NCBI GenBank assembly: GCA_051313645.2 | Contig: JBNRSN020000012.1 | Span: forward strand, 36,518,001 to 36,582,000 | Origin: Centroscyllium fabricii | Taxonomy: Eukaryota | DNA length: 64,000 nucleotides | Reading direction: 5' to 3' | In this document: positions 50,450 through 63,335 of the stretch, one piece after another | Numbering within the stretch: position 1 is the first letter of the stretch | Layout: every line of letters starts with the position of its first letter | Position numbers and translations under genes: made by a program | The notes under the pieces: model-generated | Databases searched by the model: none | Seen by the model: only the letters and a program-made list of their open reading frames with translations | Told to the model about the DNA's origin: nothing

Positions 50450-51303
50450 TGAGACAGGTTGAGTAATTGGGCAGGTGCACGGCAGATGCAGTATAATGTG
50501 GATAAATGTGAGGTTATCCACTTTGGTGGCAAAAACAGGAAGGCAGATTATTATCTGAACGGCAATAGATTGGGAGAAGGGGAAGTGCAACGAGACCTGG
50601 GTGTCCTTGTGCACCAGTCGCTGAAGGTAAGCATGCAGGTGCAGAATGCAAATGGTATGTTGGCCTTCGTAGCGAGAGGATTCGAGTACAGGAACAAGGA
50701 TGTCTTGCTGCAGTTGTACAGGGCCTTGGTGAGACCACATCTTGAGTATTGTGTGCAATTTTGGTTCCCTGATCTGAAGAAGGATGTTCTTGCCATGGAG
50801 GGAGTGCAGCGAAGATTCACCAGACTGATACCTGGGATGGCAGGAATGATGTACGAGGAGAGATTGGGTCGATTGGGATTATATTCGCTGAGTTTAGAAG
50901 AATGAGAGGGGATCTCATTGAAACTTATAAAATTCTAACAGGGCTAGACAGACTAGATGCAGGAAGGATGTTCCCAATGGCGGGGGAGTCCAGAACCAGG
51001 GGTCACAGTCTAAAGATAAGGGGTAAGCCATTTAGGACAAAGATGAGGAGGAATTTCTTCACCCAGAGAGTGGTGAACCTGTGGAATTCTCTACCACAGA
51101 AGGCAGTTAAGACCAATTCATTAAATATATTCAAGGAGTTAGATATATTTCTTAAGGCTAAAGGGATCAAGGGATATAGGGAGAAGGCAGGTACGGAGTA
51201 CTGAGTTTGGATGATCAGCCCTGATCTCATTAAATGGCGGAGCAGGCTCGGGGGGCCAAATGGCGTACTCCTGCTCCTATCTTTTACGTTTCTATGTTTC
51301 TAT
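50450..51303 (+). mobile_element. CR1 LINE 3' fragment nested in the Penelope repeat
   Basis: CR1 C-terminal ORFs; GAGACA on both flanks. Confidence 0.9.
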
Positions 51304-51754
51304 GAGAGACATTAAGAGATATTCAAGGCAAGAGGAGGTGGTAATGGAAAAGGTTAAGGAACAAAGGATGGTTCTGGATGAAGTGTTAATTGCGCTGACA
51401 GGATGAAGGACAGCTGCCTTGCGGGAGGGAAGGAAAAAAGGCCAAACCAAAAGTGTGGATTAAAAAAAAGCAAAATATATAGGGGATGAAGCCCCGGCCT
51501 TTGCTGAGGACTGATCATTCTGGGGCAAAGAGGGCAAGGTCAGAAGGGATAGTGAAAACGTGGCAAGGGGTGAGATTGGGAGAAGCGGCGTCAGAGGAAA
51601 CTGAAGTAGAAGAAGGTTCTGGAGGGACGTTGGTGTTCCTGGGCTACACTTCCTCCCACTCACCTCCTGTAAGGACTCTATCCCATTCTCCCAGTTTCTC
51701 TGTCTCCGCCGCATCTGCTCCGACGATGCCACCTTCCATACCAGTGCTTCCGAC

Positions 51755-52684
51755 ATGTCTTCCTTTTTCCTCAACCGAGGATTACCCTCTACCGTGATTG
51801 ACATGACCCTCGACCGTGTCCGTTCTATCTCCCGCACTTCTGCCCTCACCCCTGCCCCTCCTTCCCAGAACCACGATAGAGTTCCCCTTGTCCTCACCTT
51901 TCACCCCACCAGCCTCCACATTCAACGGATCATCCTCCGCCATTTCCGCCATTTCCACCACCTCCAGCATGACCCCACCACCAAATGCATCTTCCCCTCA
52001 ACTTCCCTTTCCGCATTCCATAGGGACCGCTCCCTCCGCAACACCGGAGTCCACTCCTCTACCACCCACAGCACCCCTTCCCCTTCGCCCGGCACTTTCA
52101 CGTGCAAGCGCAGGAGATGCAACACATGCCCTTATATCTCCCCACTTCCCACTGTCCAGGGCCCCAAACACCCCTTCCAGGTGAAACAGCGATTTACTTG
52201 TACTTCTTGCAATTTAGTATACTGTATTCGCTGCTCACGATGCAGTCTCCTCTACATTGGGGAGACCAAAAGCAGATTGGGTGACTGCTTTGCGGAACAC
52301 CTCCGTTCAGTCTGTAAGGGGGACCCTGAGCTCCCGGTGGCCTGTCACTTTAATTCACCGCCACATTCCCACTCAGACCTCACTGTCTGCGGCCTCTTGC
52401 ACTGTTCCACTGAAGATCAGTGTAAGCTCGAGGAACAGCACTTCATCTTTCGATTAGGCACTTTACAGCCCTCTGGACTAAACACAGAGTTCATATCCTC
52501 GGCCCCTATCACATATATATATTTTCCTTTTTTTGTCCACACTTTTTGTTTGGCCTTTTTTCTTCCCTCCCACATGGCAGCTGTCTTTCATTCTGCCAGT
52601 TCAATTCACACTTCATCCAGAGCCATCCTTTGTTTCTTAACCTGTCCCATTACCACCTCCCATTTTGCCTTGAATATCTCTTAA
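51755..52684 (+). pseudogene. Penelope C-terminal linker plus GIY-YIG endonuclease
   Basis: CKRRRCNTC, LVYCIRCSRCSLLYIGET, FAEH, LEEQHFIFRLGTLQPSGLN. Confidence 0.9.
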
Positions 52685-52812
52685 TGTCTCTCAATGTCTC
52701 TCAATCTCTCCGGCTTTCTATCCTATCGCTGAGCTTCCCTTTTGTTCTTTCATCCCCTCCCCCTTTTCCCAGCCCCTAAACTTGTTTTCCATTTCCTGCT
52801 TTTTTTCCAGTT

Positions 52813-52845
52813 CTGACGAAAGGTCTTTGACCTGAAACGTTAACT
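52813..52845 (+). ncRNA. Minimal hammerhead ribozyme motif
   Basis: CTGACGA, stem II aggtc/gacct, GAAA, palindromic AACGTT. Confidence 0.65.
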
Positions 52846-53371
52846 CTGTTTCCAACTTCATGGATGCTGCCTGGCCTGCTGAGTTTTTCCAGCGTTTTCG
52901 GTTGTTATGTTGACATCATTGCAGCTCTCCACTGGAAATCCCCATGACCGTCGAAAAAGGCAAACTTTTCGGCCATGGAAATTGCAAGACCGCTGTGGGC
53001 AGCTTTCTTCGGGGCCTGCGGCGAGCGCCTTTGCTTTGCTGCTGACCGCAAACTACAGGCCATTCTGTTTTCACTCATGTCACTGTCTTTACTGTAGGAC
53101 TCTTCACAATGTGCGTCCAATATGATAAGCAAAGTATGGGCCTGTTAGACTGCTGGTTTTGCAGCGACGGAAATCGGTTTCAGATATGCATTGATAAAAA
53201 ACTGGAAGTATAATTAAGAATGAGACTCCCAAACCAAACTAAGGTCAGGGGAGAATCTCTATCATTTGAGGTTTGCACTAGGTGTATCTGGTATAAAGTT
53301 ATCTTGAACAACTCCTAAACACTTAATGAGACAACATGAGAACATTTTAAACTTCATTTGTAATGCAAGAT

Positions 53372-53779
53372 AGAAACATAGAAACATAGAAACTAGGAGC
53401 AGGAGTGGGCCATTTGGCCCTTCAAGCCTGCTCCGAAATTCAATGAGATCATGGCTGATCATCCAAACCCAGTACCCCACCCCTGCCCTCTCCCCACATC
53501 CCTCGATCCCTATCACGCCTCCATCGACACATATCCCACCATATCCCCGTAACCCCACATATTGAAACCCCCTAACACTAAGGGTCAATTTATCCTGGCC
53601 AATCAACCTAACCCGCACATCTTTGGACTGTGGGAGGAAACCGGAGCACCTGGAGGAAACCCACGCAGACACGGGGAGAATGTGCAAACTCCACACAGAT
53701 AGTACCCGAGGCCGGATTTTAACCCGGGTCTCCAGTGCTGTGAGACAACAGTGCTAACCACTGTGCCACCGTGCCGCCC
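53372..53779 (-). mobile_element. HE1-like V-SINE, full length
   Basis: tRNA head, V-domain, CR1 tail. Confidence 0.92.
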
Positions 53780-54502
53780 TCAAGATGACATGCACAGGGG
53801 TCTGTTACCGCTTGGCTGAGAGTGGGCAATATAACTTGGCACTATTTGCTGCAGATCAGGCTCGACAGATTCAGATACAGTCTGGGACAGATATCTCTAA
53901 TACAACTGATCCCATAGGGAAAAAAAAGGAAGAGTTAATATTCTAGCTCAATCCTAAGGTTCTGCCAGCATTCACATGCTGCTTTTCTCTCAAATGATCA
54001 GAATTCTCCACTGAATTCTAACTTCTTATTGCATCAATTATAATTATTTGCCATCATTGATTCTCACCACGCTCCAGCAGCCTATCCATCTTCTTCTATT
54101 CCTGATTATCCTTTCACTGGTGTGCTCCCCACCAAGCCCTAGCTATAGATATCATTGCGACAACAGTTTTGAAATTGACTATAATTTTGCATAATTGTTG
54201 GATAATGTTCAGTCCATGCCAACTGTTCCTGGTATTATAATCTGTACTTGCTGGCCATTTCTATTCTAAACTGTTGAAACATTGTCCTCTTCCTGATTCT
54301 ATTTCCTATCTATTAGGCTACATTTGTTTATCTTATTTTCTTGGGGATCGATTTTGCTCCCCTCACCGTCCTGATCAGTGGGATATCTCTGTAAACTCCT
54401 CCAGCCCACAACCGTCCGAGATATCTGCGCTCCTCTAATTCTGGCCTCTTGAGCATCCCCGATTTTAATCACTCCTTACAACTTATCTCTTTCCGCCCTA
54501 AT

Positions 54503-55856
54503 GGGCCAAAAATTACGATGATCGCGGGAGGTTTTTGAGCCGGGTGCTCATGCACCCGAGCTCCGAATTGCAGGTACAGGTTGAGCACCGTTAATTCGGC
54601 ACAGGCGGGACTAGGCCTACCGAAAAAAACAGGAGAGTGAAGTCGGCCAGTGCGCGCGCACCATTCAAAATGGCCGCGTGCATGCGCACAACTTTGGAAA
54701 TGGCCCCCGGAAGTTTTGATCACCTGCAGTATAGCTGCAGCCGCCCAGAACCCGCCGTGCAAAGATCCCTCAGCTCGACTCAACAGGCAGACAGGATGGG
54801 ACTCTCCCCCCACCCCACCCCGGCACACAACCATAAATTAAGGCCCAGGCTGCAGGCCCAGCACAGCACTAACAAGTTAGTAGAGTGCGGTCCCAGTCCC
54901 GGGCAGCGCTGAGGGAGTGAGGCCGGAGCGAGCGACAGATCCTTACTGTTCGGCAGCGCATGAATGAGGAGGCAAAGGTCGGTCCAGCCTCCGGTGGCCA
55001 TTTTGAATGATCTGCGCATGTGCTCGCCGTTCGGCGGCGCATGCGCAGATCATTCACTGAAGCATCGACCGCAGCAGCCATTTTGCGCATGCGCAGGACA
55101 GTCAGGGCATTTAATGCCGGACGACCGAAGTTGCCGGCTTTTTGGTTTCCGGATTAGCGGTGCTCAACCTGTAGCAGCCGTTTCCCGCTACTACCTGCAA
55201 TTCCGATGGCGTCCAGCGGGGGATCGCGAGCTGCAGCCGGCTGGATCGCATTCGCCTGTGCACCAGGAGGTGCGCAGTGGACTTCCGATTTTTTTCCGAG
55301 TTTTTTATCGCGGTAAGTATGGAAGATTTTACACTTAAAAAAACAGCCGTAACCACCCGTTTTTAGTAGGTAAGTCTTTATTTTATAGAATTTAAGTATT
55401 GTTTTAGCAGGTTTTTAATTGTTTTAAACTTTAAAGACAGGTATGTATACTTTTAGGCCAGTTAAAAACATTATTTTTTTTTCTAAACTTTTATTTTTTA
55501 TTTTAAAAAGGTAATTTATGTTAGTTAGAGTATTGTTAAAAAATGTGGTGTTTTTAAAATTTTATTTTTGTGTTTAGATGTGTTTTTGAAGCTCTTCCTT
55601 TTCAAAACTTACACAGATTTCTCCGTGTAAGTTATGAATGGATGATTGCTTCCATTGATTGGCTCCCTGCAGGATCACGTAGTCCCGTGCATTATCTCCC
55701 ACTAACTACGCCGTTGAGTTGCACCAGCAGGTCGCTTGGAGCTTGCAGCAGCTGTACAACTCGGGATTTTACATCTCATAATTGCAAAATGGCAGAAGTG
55801 CAGGGTAAGTGTACCTTGGAACCTAGCAGGAAGGCTCCAAGGCTAATTTTTGGGCC
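54503..55856. mobile_element. Harbinger-like MITE inserted in an L2 3' tail
   Basis: TIRs GGGCCAAAAATTA / TAATTTTTGGGCC; TSD AAT/AAT; L2 pieces at 54385-54475 and 55857-55965. Confidence 0.75.
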
Positions 55857-56072
55857 AATATCTCCTTATGTGGCTCGGTGTCAAATTTTGTTTTCTAATA
55901 CTCCTGTGAAGCGCCCTGGGAAGTTTTACTACGTTAAAGGTGCTATATAAATACATGCTGTTGTTTTTATTGATGATATATTGGTGAGAGCCCCAAGTGT
56001 GGTAAGGTGAGGTCTCAAAAGTTTGTATTGGAAGACTCGTGGGATGTTCTTCTGATTCTGTTCGCTCTTCAG

Positions 56073-56141
56073 ATTTTAGCGGAGACAAGAGAGGCTCAAG
56101 ATTTATTTTGTCCGATGCCAAGCTATTTAGATGTTTAAAAG
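56073..56141 (+). CDS. Possible 69-nt symmetric exon (unassigned)
   Basis: ttctgttcgctcttcag| ... AAG|gtaatt; one open frame FSGDKRGSRFILSDAKLFRCLK. Confidence 0.2.
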
Positions 56142-56504
56142 GTAATTGGTTCACACCCTGTCAATAGAGAACTCCTGGAGCCTGAGATATATTCGGTTGT
56201 TGGTTCCGTTCACTGAAACATCGAACAAAAGAGGCGCCTGCAATCCCCTCTAGCACAAGAAATGAATTGGAGGCATGAGGGATAAATGAGAATGGAGCAT
56301 GGACCATTGGAAGCGTGCAGGACTGGTCATAAGTTATTTGTAATGGGGGATGAGTATTATCAGCCAGGAGAAGGCATCGTGGAAACAGAAGTCTGCAAAG
56401 TTGAAAGAAAGACTTGCATTTATATAGCGCCTTTCACAATCACCAGACATTCCAGAGCGCTTTACAGCCAATGACGTACTTTTTGAAGTGTAATCACTGT
56501 TGTA

Positions 56505-56872
56505 AAATTCTTGCAAGGCTTGTCAGGGTAGACGCAGGGAGGATGTTTCCCCTGCCTGGGAAGTCTAGAACCAGAGGTCGCAGTCTCAGAATAAGGGGTC
56601 AGCCATTTAGGACTGAGATGAGGAGAAATTTCTTCACTCAGAGCGTGGTGAATCTTTGAAATTCTCTATCTCAGAGGGCTGTAGAGGCTCAGTCATTGAG
56701 TATATTCAGGACAGAGATTGATAGACTTTTGAATATTCAGGGAATCAAGGGATATGGGGATAGTGCAGGAAAATGTTGATGAGGTGGAAGATCAGCCATG
56801 ATCTTATTGAATGGCAGAGCAGGCTCGAGGGGCCAAATGGCCTTCTCCTGCTCCTATTTCTTATGTTCTTAT
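56505..56872 (+). mobile_element. CR1 LINE 3' fragment
   Basis: DAGRMFPL..RTRG..RRNFFTQ plus tail. Confidence 0.88.
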
Positions 56873-57013
56873 GTCTGTTGAGTCATATCAATTCCTGGGT
56901 GTTCTGATAGATGTCTACTTTAGCTTGGGCACGTTGGTAGTAGGCCTGTCTTTGGAGGCTGGGATTCTTCTTACTAAGCTCCAGATAACCCTGTGGTCCA
57001 ATGCCCAAATGGG

Positions 57014-57349
57014 TGTGATAAACTATAATCTGTGCATTTATCACTCATCCTGTTGTATATAATAGGGAACCATAATCTGTACATTTATCACTCATTGTGT
57101 TGTGTATAATAGGGGTGACTCACTTTGCCTGAGACTGTATGTAAATATGTTACGTATGACTCACCCCAGGTAATGTGATCACGTGGCCCAACGGACTTCG
57201 CCCTCAACTCCTCCCCTCAGTACAGGCTTATAACCTCGGGTTCGCCACCTGAGGGCCAGATTCGTTGGACCACGTCTAGTTCTAAGATATAATAAAAGCC
57301 TTTAATTGCTTTTATAAGACGGCCTCCGCTAGCAGTTATTTGCGCTTCA
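57014..57349 (+). mobile_element. Solo LTR distantly related to the A/B group
   Basis: TGTGATAAAC...CTTCA; TSD ATGGG; CTCCTCCCCTCAG and AATAAAAGCC motifs; two ~47-bp tandem units. Confidence 0.85.
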
Positions 57350-57457
57350 ATGGGTACAGTAGTCCTAGTTAGATAAGTAGCAGGAAGCTTACCTGTGTTT
57401 TGTATGAGTATACTGTGTAAGTTTAGTTACTTAAACTCCAGCAGTACACTTTATATC

Positions 57458-58556
57458 AACAACAACAACTTGCATTTGTAAAGCACCTTTAACATAGTAA
57501 AATGTCCCAAGGCACTTCACACGAGTGTTGTAAAACAAAATTTGACACGAGCCACATAAGGAGATATTAGGACAGATGAACAAAAGCTCAGAGAAAGAGG
57601 TAGGTTTCAAGGAGCATCTTAAGTGAGGAGAGAGGGGGTCGAGAGGTGGTGAGGTTTAGGGAGGGAATTTTAGAGCTTAGGCCTAGGCAACTGAAGGTAC
57701 GGCTGCCACTGGTGGAGCGATTAAAATAGGGGATGTGAAAGAGGCCAGAATTGGAGGAGCGCAGAGATCTCGGAGGGTTGTAGGGCTGGAGGAAATTACA
57801 GAAATAGGGAGGGGCGAGGCCATGGAGAGATTTGAAAACAAGGATGAGAATTTTAAAATTGTTAGGCCAGAAGCAAATGTAAGTCAGTGAGCACAGGGTG
57901 ATGGGTGAATGGAACTTGATGCGAGTTAGGACACGGGCAGCAATGTTTTGGATGAGTTCAAGTTTATGTAGGGTTGAGGAAGGGAGGCTGGCCAGGACAG
58001 CATTGGAATAGTCAAGTCTGGAGGTAACAGAGGCATTGATGAGGGTTTCAGCAGCAGTCGGAGTTGGGCGATGTTATGGAGGTGGAAATAGGCGGTCTTG
58101 GTGATGGAGCGGATATGTGGTCAGAAGCTCATCTCAGGGTCAAACACAACTCTAAGATTGCGAACGGTCTGGTTAAGCCTCCAGCAGTTGCCAGCGAGAG
58201 GGATGGAGTCGGTGGCTAGGAAACTGAGTTTGTGGTGGGGACCAAAAACAATGGCTTTGGTCTTCCCAATATTTCTGCTCAGCCTGTACTGGATGTTGAC
58301 AAGAAGTGTGACAAATTAGAGACCATGGCGGGGTCGAGAGAGGTGGTGGTGAGTTAAAGCTGGGAGTCATCAGTGTATGTGTGGAAACGGACATTGTATT
58401 TTTGGATGATGTCACCGAGGGGCAGCATGTAGATGAGAACTAGAAGGGGCCAAGGATAGATCTTTGGGGGACTCCAGAGATAACGGTACAGGAGTGGGAA
58501 GAGAAGCCATTGCAGTTGATTCTCTGGTTACGATTAGATAGATAAGAATGGAACCA
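57458..58556 (-). mobile_element. L2 LINE (RT to tail), decayed
   Basis: Reverse-complement homology to 33000-33820 and the L2 tail. Confidence 0.85.
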
Positions 58557-58890
58557 GGCACGGTGGCATAGTGGTTAGCACTGTTGCCTCACAGCTCTGG
58601 AGACCCGGGTTCAAATCCAGCCTCGGGTACTATCTGTGTGGAGTTTGCACATTCTCCCCGTGTCTGCGTGGGTTTCCTCCGGGTGCTCCGGTTTCCTCCC
58701 ACAGTCCAAAGATGTGCGGGTTAGGTTGATTGGCCATGATAAATTGACGCTTAGTGTTAGGGTGAATTAAATGTGTGGGGTTACGGGGATAGGGTGGGAT
58801 ATGTGTCGGTGCAGGCTCGATAGGGATATGGGGAGAGGGCAGGGGCGGGGTGCTGGGTTTGGATGATCAGCCATGATCTCATTGAATGGC
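58557..58890 (+). mobile_element. HE1-like V-SINE, 3'-clipped
   Basis: A/B boxes and V-domain. Confidence 0.9.
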
Positions 58891-59929
58891 ACTGCGCATG
58901 CGCGGGAAACTGGCACTTCCGTTCCCCCGAACTAAAGGGTTAAGAGGTAAAGCACATGCGGGGGAGCAGCAGCGCTTGCACATTGATCTTACGTTTTGTT
59001 TACAGGTTTTTCTGTCCGGGTAAGTCTGAAAAAGTTACACATGAAAAAAGCAGCCGTAAGGCCTGCTTTTAACAAGGTAAGTGCTGAATTAATTCAAATT
59101 AAAACATTTTTTCCACAGGTTTATTATTTTTAAATACTTTAATGACAGGTAAGTTTATTTTTAGCCCCGTTCAAAATTATTGTTTAAAATAGTTGTTTCA
59201 TGCAATTTATAGTTATTTTTAAAATGTGAAGTTTTAGTGATGTTTTGGGGCTTGTAGTTTTCATAGTTTTGACAGCATTTCCTGTCAAACTTATGAATGG
59301 AGCATTCTCTGCTCCGATTGGCTCTCCATGGCCCACGTGATCCCAGGGGACGCATCGCATTAACTGTGCCGCTGGGACACACAAGCACTGCGCGCCAGCA
59401 GTTGGAAGAGGCCCAGGAACGGAATTCCACGTGGGCCAGCAGCTCAACGGCTGTGCGCAAGGGCGGCACGGTGGCATAGTGGTTAGCACTGTTGCCTCAC
59501 AGCACTAGAGACCCATTTTCAAATCCAGCCTCGGGTGACTATCTGTGTGGAGTTTGCACATTCTCCCCGTGTCTGTGTGGGTTCCCTCCGGGTGCTCCGG
59601 TTTCCTCCCACAGTCCAAAGATGTGCGGGTTAGGTTGATTGGCCATGATAAATTGACCCTTAGTGTTAGGGGGATTGAATATGTGGGGTTACGGGGATAG
59701 GGTGGGATATGTGTCGGTGCAGGCTCGATAGGGATCGAGGGATATGGGGACAAGGCAGGGACAGGGTACTGGGTTTGGATGATCAGCCATGATCTCGTTG
59801 AATGGCGGAGCAGGCTCGTAGGGCCGAATGGCCTACTCCTGCTCCTATCTTCTATGTTTCTATGTTTCTATGTAAGTGCAGGTTGGAGGCTTGCACCCGC
59901 GGGAAGCCTCCGACCCGAATTTCTGGGCC
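58891..59929. mobile_element. Partial inverted copy of the 1899-3187 MITE family
   Basis: Ends CCGAATTTCTGGGCC|ATT; extensive reverse-complement similarity. Confidence 0.8.
59461..59872 (+). mobile_element. HE1-like V-SINE, full length, inside the MITE
   Basis: tRNA head, V-domain, CR1 tail. Confidence 0.92.
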
Positions 59930-59934
59930 ATTAA

Positions 59935-60615
59935 TTAGGAGCAGGAGTAGACCATATGGCCGCTTGAGCCTGCTCTGTCATTCAATAAGATCTTGAGATC
60001 TTATCATGAGATTTCGACCTCAACTCCATTTTCCAACCCGATCTCCATATCCGTTGATTCCCCTAGAGTTCAAAAATCTATCTACCTCAGCCTTCAATAT
60101 AGAATCATAGAAAGTTACAGCACCGATGGAGGCCATTCGGCCCATCTTGTCTGTGCTGGCCAACAAAGAGCTATCCACCCTAATCCCACTTTCCAGCACT
60201 CGGTCCGTAGCCTTGTAGGTTTCGGCACTTCAACTGCATATCCAAGCACTTTTTAAATGTGATGAGGTTTTCTGGCCCTACCACCCTTTCAGGCAGTGGG
60301 TTCCAGACCCCCACCACCCTCTGGGTGAAAAGACTTCTCCTCAAATCCCCTCTAAATCTCTGACCAATTACCTTAAATCTATGCCCCCTATCCACTCTAT
60401 CTAGGCCCCTCATAATTTTATACACCTCAATTAGGTCTCCTCTCAACCTCCTCATTTCCAAAGAAAAAAAACCCAGCCTATCCAATCTTTCCTCATAGCT
60501 AAAATTCCTCAGCCCAGGCAACATCCTCGTAAATCTCCTCTGTGCCCTCTCTAGTGCAATCATATCCTTCCTGTATGTGGTGACCAGAACTGCACACAGT
60601 ATTCTAGCTGTGGCC
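59935..60615 (-). mobile_element. CR1 LINE 3' fragments (two subfamilies)
   Basis: RRLRGDLIEVYK, FTQRVVGVWNPLP; two tails. Confidence 0.85.
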
Positions 60616-61504
60616 TGTGGGGCTCCTAAAATTCCCATATCCCCCAAGTTTTAATGAAGGGGACCTTAATTGGTATGAGGGGCCTCCCCAGTAAAAGGAA
60701 TTTGGGATTTTTGAACACCTGAATCACTACAAAAGGTTAAGGGACCTTAAAACATTCTGGACTTTTGATGCTAAGGGATCCCAGGAAGAAAGACAGATTT
60801 TGGATGTTTAAGTTGGAGGAAAAACCTACAAAGTCTAAAGAAACCCGTCAAGTCTAAAAGACACCAGCATACAGGCTTCTGAATAAACAAACGGTCTAAC
60901 TGAGACATGCAGGAAAACAGACAACCCAGACAAAGTCAACATTATTGTAACTTTGCAAAACAAAAGAGAACATTCAAGAACATGAATAAGTAATGCAAAA
61001 TGATCAGTTAGATTGAAACCAAATCAAGTATTCCAGGCCAGGGCTTAAACAAACAGTATAGACCTCCAAAGGACAATAGAGACAGGAGGTAGCAATTTAA
61101 CGGCCGTGAATATTGATGCACCCGACATGTACATTTGTTTTGAAATATCTGAACAGGAGGTAAACTCCCAAAAGCCAGTTAACTTAAACGACCCCCATTG
61201 TTTTAATGAGCCTGCCAAAAATCGGACAATGCATGAGCCGAGATGGGCTCCAAGATAAGCGTTGGGATTTTAGTATAACTGGGCAAGCTAAGCACAGACA
61301 AAGATGCAGAGCAACCAGGAAGCAAGCAGCAAGACACAGGCCAGCAGGAGCCGGCCAGCAGGTGGAGGCACGGAGGCGAGGGGCAAACAACGCGGGATGA
61401 CTTGACCGAGTGCAACAAGGCCGCAACCACGGGCCTACACGACGACCACGAGCCTCGCGGTACCCAAGAGCCAGGTAAAACATTACCTTAGGGTCAATGC
61501 CACA
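60616..61504 (-). mobile_element. Possible long solo LTR (unclassified)
   Basis: TGTGG...CCACA termini; ATTAAA near the minus-strand 3' end; no TSD. Confidence 0.35.
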
Positions 61505-61559
61505 GTCAGGCACTAAATGCAGGCCTAGCCAGCCAGTGACGCCCACATCCCATCAATGG

Positions 61560-62690
61560 ATATTTTTCATGCCCTCTCTTTGCTTTCCTAATTTCCTTTT
61601 TAATTTCACCCCTGCACTTTCTATACTCCTCCAGGATTTCTCCAGTATTGAGTCGTCGGTACCTGTCGAAAGCCTCCCTTCTTTACTTTATCCTACCCTG
61701 TATGCCCCTTGACATCCAGGGAGCTCTAGATTTGTTAGTCACACCCTTTTTCTTTAAGGGAAAATACTTGCTCTGAACCCTCAGGATCTCCTTCTTAAAT
61801 GCCTCCCCACCACCCCCCACCCCTCCCCCCGCCCCCCCACTGCTGTGACACTGATTTACCTTCAAATTTCTGTCTCCAGTCCACTTTGGCTAAATCACAT
61901 CTCAGCTGAGTAAAATTAGCTTTTTCCCAATTGAGAACTTTTATTCCTGGTCTATCCTTATCCTTTTCCATAACTACCCTAAATCTAACTGAATTATGAT
62001 CACAACCACCAAATGCCCCCCCCTACTGATACCCTTTCCACCCGCCCAGCTTCAGTCCCTAAAACTAGGTCCAGAACCGCCCCGTCTCTTGTTGGGGTTG
62101 CTACGTACTGGCTAAAACAAATTCTCCTGAATGCATTTTAAGAATTCTGCTCCCTCTATACCTTTCACACTAATTTTATCCCAGTTAATATTAGGGAAGT
62201 TGAAATCACCGACTATTACTGCCCTATTTTTGTACATCTCAGAAATTTGCCTACATATTTACTCTTCTAACCCCATCTGACTGTTTGGTTGTCTCCAGTA
62301 CAGACCTAACAGTGTGATTGCTCCTTTTTGGTGTTTCATTGGATGATCCTTCTAAGATATCATCCCTCCTTTAATCAATATTGCAATCCCCCTCTCCATT
62401 TTTACCCACTCTCTCTCATCTGCAAACCCTGTAACCAGCAATGTTGAGCTGCCATTCCTGCCCTTCTTTCAGCCACGTCTCAGTAATAGCTATAATATCA
62501 TACTCCCAAGTGTATATCTGTGCCCTCAGCTCATCTGCTTTATTCCCTAGACTGCTTGCGTTGAAGTATATGCCATTTAGCACTGCCAAACTCCCTTGTT
62601 GTCTATTTTCTAGCCTTTGTTTTCTCTGTCTTCCAATCTCAATTACTAATTTTCTGCCTTCCATTTCCAGCTTTGCTTCTCTCCCTTATA
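61560..62690 (-). mobile_element. CR1 LINE endonuclease region
   Basis: YFNA.SL.NK.DEL...DIIAITETWL. Confidence 0.85.
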
Positions 62691-62696
62691 AATCTA

Positions 62697-62984
62697 ATAA
62701 TAATAATAATAATTCAACTTTATTGTCATTATACAATGTACAAGTACATGAACAACAAAATGTGATCTTGTAAGCTCCCAAGAGTCCAGCAAAGTCGCTG
62801 CATCTGTGCGCGCCGCCATTCCATTTTTCCATCATTCTTCAGCCAACCGCCCCTCCCCGGGGCTCCTTTTGTGACCTTCTGCACCTGGTATTCCCTGGTG
62901 GTCACCCCTCCAAGGGCTAACCAGGCCTGGCCCTGCTTAGCTTCGAGGTCTTGCCAGTGACCCTGTCCCTAGACCCAGGAACAG
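62697..62984 (-). mobile_element. 5S rRNA-derived SINE with a Rex1-type 3' tail
   Basis: GAAGCTAAGCAGGGCCAGGCCTGGTTAGCCCTTGGA...GGGAATACCAGGTGC resembles 5S; tail ATGACAATAAAG(TTA)n; TSD AAATCTA. Confidence 0.8.
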
Positions 62985-63077
62985 AAATCTACTCTCAAGT
63001 TCCCATTCTCATTCTTCTAAACTCCATATAGTCTTATCAAAGCCCCGTACAATTGTAGCAAGACTTACTCTTATAGT

Positions 63078-63335
63078 TGATACGCTATCAATAACTCCAA
63101 AGACTAGAAGTTATGCGAAGAACAGATAGGCTTTTATTCACTAAGAAGGAAGCATGCCTTTCTGCTGAGTGACTGGTCCGAGACTGAACGGGGGTTGGGG
63201 GAACAGTCACCTTTATACCTGGGTCTGGGGGAGGAGCCACAGGTGGGGCCAGCAGAGGGCATGTGCAGACAGGTTACATGCAGTGAGCTATCACACAGTA
63301 TATACAGTACAGTGGTAATACAGTGGTTTACCACA
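63078..63335 (-). mobile_element. Solo LTR of the element A family, inside a CR1 fragment
   Basis: Close similarity to 27519-27763; TSD ATAGT. Confidence 0.93.

Larger units (their letters stand above)
50201..52907 (+). mobile_element. Penelope-like element with inverted terminal repeats
   Basis: 50230-50450 plus 51305-51490 is the reverse complement of 52505-52907; GIY-YIG ORF; flanking duplication TGTTGACATCA. Confidence 0.88.
49210..53061. mobile_element. Harbinger-like MITE hosting SINE, Penelope and CR1 insertions
   Basis: TIRs GGCCCGGAATTTGCAG / CCGCAAACTACAGGCC; TSD ATT/ATT. Confidence 0.65.

Noticed and set aside
53099-53215. Candidate exons on either strand
   Set aside because: Short open frames on both strands with ambiguous splice sites
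62875-62975. Functional 5S rRNA gene
   Set aside because: Internally deleted, diverged and fused to a LINE-type tail with a TSD
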